DNA of 64,000 bases from an uncultured Chloroflexia bacterium. GTDB lineage: Bacteria; Chloroflexota; Limnocylindria; QHBO01. The notes beneath the pieces were generated by a model. The model saw only the letters and a list, made by a program, of their open reading frames with translations, had not been told where the DNA came from and ran no database searches. Positions 60,692 to 64,000 of this stretch are shown here, piece by piece. Both the position numbers and the translations under genes were made by a program. The first letter of the stretch is position 1. Every line of letters starts with the position of its first letter. The DNA lies in contig CAWGTN010000002.1 in the NCBI GenBank assembly GCA_963825525.1, forward strand, positions 288,001-352,000, in the 5' to 3' direction.

Positions 60692-60775
60692 GCTCGCATG
60701 GTGCTCCCTCGACCGGCTTGGCGCCGTCCACCATTCGTACCGAGGCACCCCGTACCCCGAAGGGCCGGAAGGCGC

Positions 60776-61135
60776 TCAGTAGTTGTGGAAGATCGCCACC
60801 GCGCGGCCGTCAGGATCGGCGACTCGGAAGGAACGACTCCCCTCCCAGCGGTCGCCGGAAGGTGGTCCGACGAGTGCGAAGCCGCGCCTTGCAAGCTCCT
60901 GCGCCCACGCATCGACCTCGGCGGCCGTGTCGACACGGAACCCGATCTGGATTCCCTCGCGCGTGGCCTTCTCGCCTCGACGGAAGCTCAGCTCGAACCC
61001 GCCGAGCTCCAGGTCGACTCCGCGCTCATCGTTCGCCATGCGCTTGAAGCCGAATGCCGATTCGTAGAACTCGGCGGCGTGATCCGGGTTGGTTGAAAGC
61101 AGGGCCAGTTGGCCGATGCCGCGCATCTTCCTCAT
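60776..61135 (-). CDS. VOC/glyoxalase family protein
   Basis: AAEFYESAFG, QIGFRV and RSFRVADPDG. Confidence 0.85.
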   Translation of the reverse strand: MRKMRGIGQLALLSTNPDHAAEFYESAFGFKRMANDERGVDLELGGFELSFRRGEKATREGIQIGFRVDTAAEVDAWAQELARRGFALVGPPSGDRWEGSRSFRVADPDGRAVAIFHNY

Positions 61136-61148
61136 GGCGTGATGCTGA

Positions 61149-62966
61149 TCACGCCTCGGAGCCGTTCCCGTCGTCGAACGGCCACAGCTCGCGCGAGCCG
61201 GCCCGTTGCTGAAGATCTGCCACGAACTCGGCAATCGGAACGCCCTGGGAGGAGGATCCGCTGCGCAGCCGAGGCGAAACCGCATTCGCCTCGATGTCAC
61301 GGTCCCCAACCACGACCATCACCGGGACCTTCTGCTCCTGGGCGTCGCGCAGCTTCAGCTGCATGCGCTCCGATCGATCGTCAACGGCCGCACGCAACCC
61401 TGCGGCAGCGATGGTCGAGCGGACCTGTTCCGCGTACTCGAGGTGGCGGTCCGCGATCGGCACCACCATGACCTGGATTGGAGCCAGCCACAACGGGAAC
61501 GCACCGGTGTAGTGCTCGGTGATGATCCCGATGAATCGCTCGAAGCTGCCGTAGATGGCGTAGTGGATCACGACCGGCCGCTCGAATCCCCCATCGGCGG
61601 CCCGATACTCGAGGTCGAAACGCTGCGGCAGCTGGTAGTCGGCCTGGATCGTGGCCATCTGCCACTCCCGACCGAGGGCGTCCTCGATGAAGATGTCGAT
61701 CTTCGGCGCGTAGAACGCACCGCCTCCCTCGTCCATCGTGAAGGACATGCCGTCCTCCTCGAGCCGTTCGCGAAGCCTGCCCTCGGCCCGCTCCCAGAAC
61801 TCGTCCGAGCCCAGTCGCTTCTCCGGCCGCGTGGCGAGCTTCGCCCGAGGCTCGAAGCCGAACGGCGCGTACTGCCTGCGGACGAGCGACAGGGCAAGGC
61901 GGATCTCGTCATCGACCTGGTCGTCACGGCAGAAGACGTGTGAGTCGTCCTGCGTGAGCTGGCGCACGCGGAACATTCCGGCGAGCACGCCGGTGCGTTC
62001 CTTGCGGAAGAGCGTGGAGTAGTCCGCGAAGCGCATCGGCAGCTCCCGATACGAGTGAGACCGCGTCTTGTAGATGAGGATCTCTTCCGGGCAGTTCATC
62101 GGCTTGAGGCCGGACACGTGGTCGTAGTCGTCGAGCACGAACATGTTGTCCTGGTAGTTGCCCCAGTGGCCGGATGTCTCCCACAGCTCCTTGCGGACGA
62201 GACTGGGGGTCCGCACCTCGTCGAAGCCCGCCTCGCGGCGCACCTCGCGGGACCAATCCTCGAGCGCGCGCCAGATGGCCATCCCCTTGGGATGCAGGAA
62301 CGGAGCGGCCGGCGATTCGGGGTGGAAGGTGAAGAGGTCGAGCTCTCGGCCGAGCTTGCGGTGATCGCGCTTCTTCGCCTCCTCGAGACGCCACAAATGC
62401 TTGTCGAGGTCTTCCTGCGTATCCCAGGCGGTTCCGTAGATGCGCTGGAGCATCGGACGCGTCTCGTCGCCACGCCAATACGCGCCGGCGGTGGTCAGCA
62501 GCTTGAAGGCACCGAGCTCCCCGGTGAAGCCGATGTGCCCGCCCCGGCACAGGTCCTCGAACGTGCCGTGCCGGTAGAAGCTGACCGTCGGACCCTCCGA
62601 CTCGGGGAGATCCCCGATGATCTCGACCTTGTATGGCTGCCCGAGACCTCGCTCCAGCTCGATCGCCTCGGTGCGGGGCAGGTCCCTCGAATGCTCGAAT
62701 GCCAGGTTGGCCTGCTGCTGCTCCCGCATCTTCGCCTCGATCTGCTCGAGGTCGGCCGGGGTCAGCGGTCGCGGAAGGTCATAGTCGTAGTAGAAGCCAT
62801 CCTTGATGGCCGGCCCGATGCCGAGCTTGGCGTCCGGGAAGAGCTCGAGCACCGCCGCGGCCATCATGTGCGCCGCGCTGTGACGCATGGCCGAAAGATG
62901 ATCTTCCGTTCCGGAGGACAGCGCCTCGCCGGCGTCCACGGGCGTCTCGTCAGGGTCATGTGCCAT
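61149..62966 (-). CDS. thrS: Threonine--tRNA ligase
   Basis: RHSAAH, DLCRG, RDHRKLG, KPMNCP, GAFYAPKID and GSFERF. Confidence 0.97.
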   Translation of the reverse strand: MAHDPDETPVDAGEALSSGTEDHLSAMRHSAAHMMAAAVLELFPDAKLGIGPAIKDGFYYDYDLPRPLTPADLEQIEAKMREQQQANLAFEHSRDLPRTEAIELERGLGQPYKVEIIGDLPESEGPTVSFYRHGTFEDLCRGGHIGFTGELGAFKLLTTAGAYWRGDETRPMLQRIYGTAWDTQEDLDKHLWRLEEAKKRDHRKLGRELDLFTFHPESPAAPFLHPKGMAIWRALEDWSREVRREAGFDEVRTPSLVRKELWETSGHWGNYQDNMFVLDDYDHVSGLKPMNCPEEILIYKTRSHSYRELPMRFADYSTLFRKERTGVLAGMFRVRQLTQDDSHVFCRDDQVDDEIRLALSLVRRQYAPFGFEPRAKLATRPEKRLGSDEFWERAEGRLRERLEEDGMSFTMDEGGGAFYAPKIDIFIEDALGREWQMATIQADYQLPQRFDLEYRAADGGFERPVVIHYAIYGSFERFIGIITEHYTGAFPLWLAPIQVMVVPIADRHLEYAEQVRSTIAAAGLRAAVDDRSERMQLKLRDAQEQKVPVMVVVGDRDIEANAVSPRLRSGSSSQGVPIAEFVADLQQRAGSRELWPFDDGNGSEA

Positions 62967-63014
62967 GGGCCGAAGGGTAGCGCATGGCGGCGGCCGAGAC
63001 GAAGGCGCGCGAAC

Positions 63015-63236
63015 TCAGCCGCTCACACCCTCATCGCGTGGATCGGTCGCGGGGGTGGCCTCGGGTTCGCCGGGCATCCCGGTCTCGGGAATCGGGTCGT
63101 CCATGTCGCCCGTTGGCGGAGTCAGTCCCCCGCCTCCGGGATACGCGTCATCGCCGATGGGGTCACCGCCGTCGCGCTCAGGCCGGTCGAGCGGTCCACT
63201 GCCCGGCGCCTGGGGATTGTCGCGGTCGATCATCAC
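63015..63236 (-). CDS. Small acidic Pro/Gly-rich hypothetical protein
   Basis: AGGAGG RBS before GTG-ATG; 73 aa, low complexity. Confidence 0.55.
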   Translation of the reverse strand: MMIDRDNPQAPGSGPLDRPERDGGDPIGDDAYPGGGGLTPPTGDMDDPIPETGMPGEPEATPATDPRDEGVSG

Positions 63237-63293
63237 GTGCCTCCTGCTGCAGTTCCCGGCTGCTCGATGCAATCAGCGCGCCAACGTCGGTGA

Positions 63294-63812
63294 TCAGATC
63301 CGCTTGAACTGCTCGAAGGGCTGACGGCAGGCCGCGCAGTGGTAGATCGCGCGGCACAGCGTCGGGCCGAAGGGATTGTCCAGCGTCGTGTCCCTCGAGC
63401 CGCAGTACGGGCATTCCGCGACCGGCATGGTCGCCAGGTCGTCGATGCCGATGAGCCCGATCGGTCCCGGAGGCATCGGCGCGGGCGGCGCAAACCCGGA
63501 TTGGCGAAGCCGAGTCCGACCATGCTCGCTGATCCGTTCACTGGTCCACGGGGGATCGAACGTGACGTCGACGACGACCGTATCGGCGAGATCGAGTGCG
63601 CCGAGCCGTTCGGTGATCTCGTGCCGCATGACGTCGATGGCGGGACAGCCGACAAATGTTGGCAGCAGCCTGATGCGCAGCTCATCGCCCTCGAATGCCA
63701 CGCCGCCGATGACGCCGAGGTCCACCACGCTGATTGCCGGGATCTCCGGATCCGGGATCCGGGCCAACTCGGCCCAGACGCGCTCCTCGCGCTCGGTTCG
63801 CGCCGCGATCAC
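63294..63812 (-). CDS. paaD: Phenylacetyl-CoA epoxidase subunit PaaD
   Basis: DPEIPAISVVDLG, PTFVGCPA, CPYCGS, FGPTLCR and CRQPFEQFK. Confidence 0.93.
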   Translation of the reverse strand: MIAARTEREERVWAELARIPDPEIPAISVVDLGVIGGVAFEGDELRIRLLPTFVGCPAIDVMRHEITERLGALDLADTVVVDVTFDPPWTSERISEHGRTRLRQSGFAPPAPMPPGPIGLIGIDDLATMPVAECPYCGSRDTTLDNPFGPTLCRAIYHCAACRQPFEQFKRI

Positions 63813-64000
63813 CACAGCGCTCCCTCCTCGGAGCCCGCGACGCGGGTGAACTCGCCGTGGAGCCACGCAAAGTCGTCCGTTCGACGCCGCCGACCGTCGG
63901 GGGTCGGCTCGAGCGACGGGAGGTCACCGACGAGTGGCTCGAGCTTCGGCCGGACGCGGGCAACCCAGGCCGCGTGCAGGTCCGACATGGGCTGGGGCAG
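63809..64000 (-). CDS. paaC: Phenylacetyl-CoA epoxidase subunit PaaC, C-terminal fragment
   Basis: Own translation ...AAWVARVRP...GRRRRTDDFAWLHGEFTRVAGSEEGALW*; GTGA overlap with paaD. Confidence 0.7.
   Translation of the reverse strand: MPQPMSDLHAAWVARVRPKLEPLVGDLPSLEPTPDGRRRRTDDFAWLHGEFTRVAGSEEGALW

Noticed and set aside
60692-60710. RBS-preceded ATG (GGGAGcaccATG) upstream of the sensor gene in a different frame
   Set aside because: It may indicate another indel near the sensor's start, but this cannot be resolved from the sequence, so it is not called as a separate gene.

Overview
High-GC bacterial chromosome window with no mobile element, CRISPR array, rRNA or tRNA detected. Gene content and style suggest Chloroflexota (inference). 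The backbone is housekeeping: hflX, miaA, ymdB-rny, recX-recA, tgt/queA, ruvB, ruvA-ruvC, yebC, EF-G2, tyrS, a class A PBP, mutS2-mpg-cvpA, pheT-pheS, rplT-rpmI-infC, thrS and paaD/paaC. Three accessory blocks sit in it: (i) a hybrid kinase-Hpt-REC/cyclase phosphorelay; (ii) a ~15 kb purine-catabolism block (xanthine dehydrogenase, uricase, UraH, UraD, allantoinase-like enzyme, malate synthase) between ruvA and ruvB; (iii) a module between thrS and infC. The third is the most interesting. It encodes a membrane-GAF-GGDEF-EAL sensor, a DUF5317 membrane protein with signal-peptidase-II-like aspartate motifs, and a clear c-di-GMP-I riboswitch. The riboswitch precedes two peptides too short for the ORF track (29 and 33 aa), both ending in AG-x-RW-x. 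This is a candidate peptide-pheromone/c-di-GMP feedback system. Four conserved genes (hflX, aceB, uricase, ruvA) carry net +1 frameshifts that are most likely sequencing errors. All family assignments come from motif recognition by eye, not from database searches.
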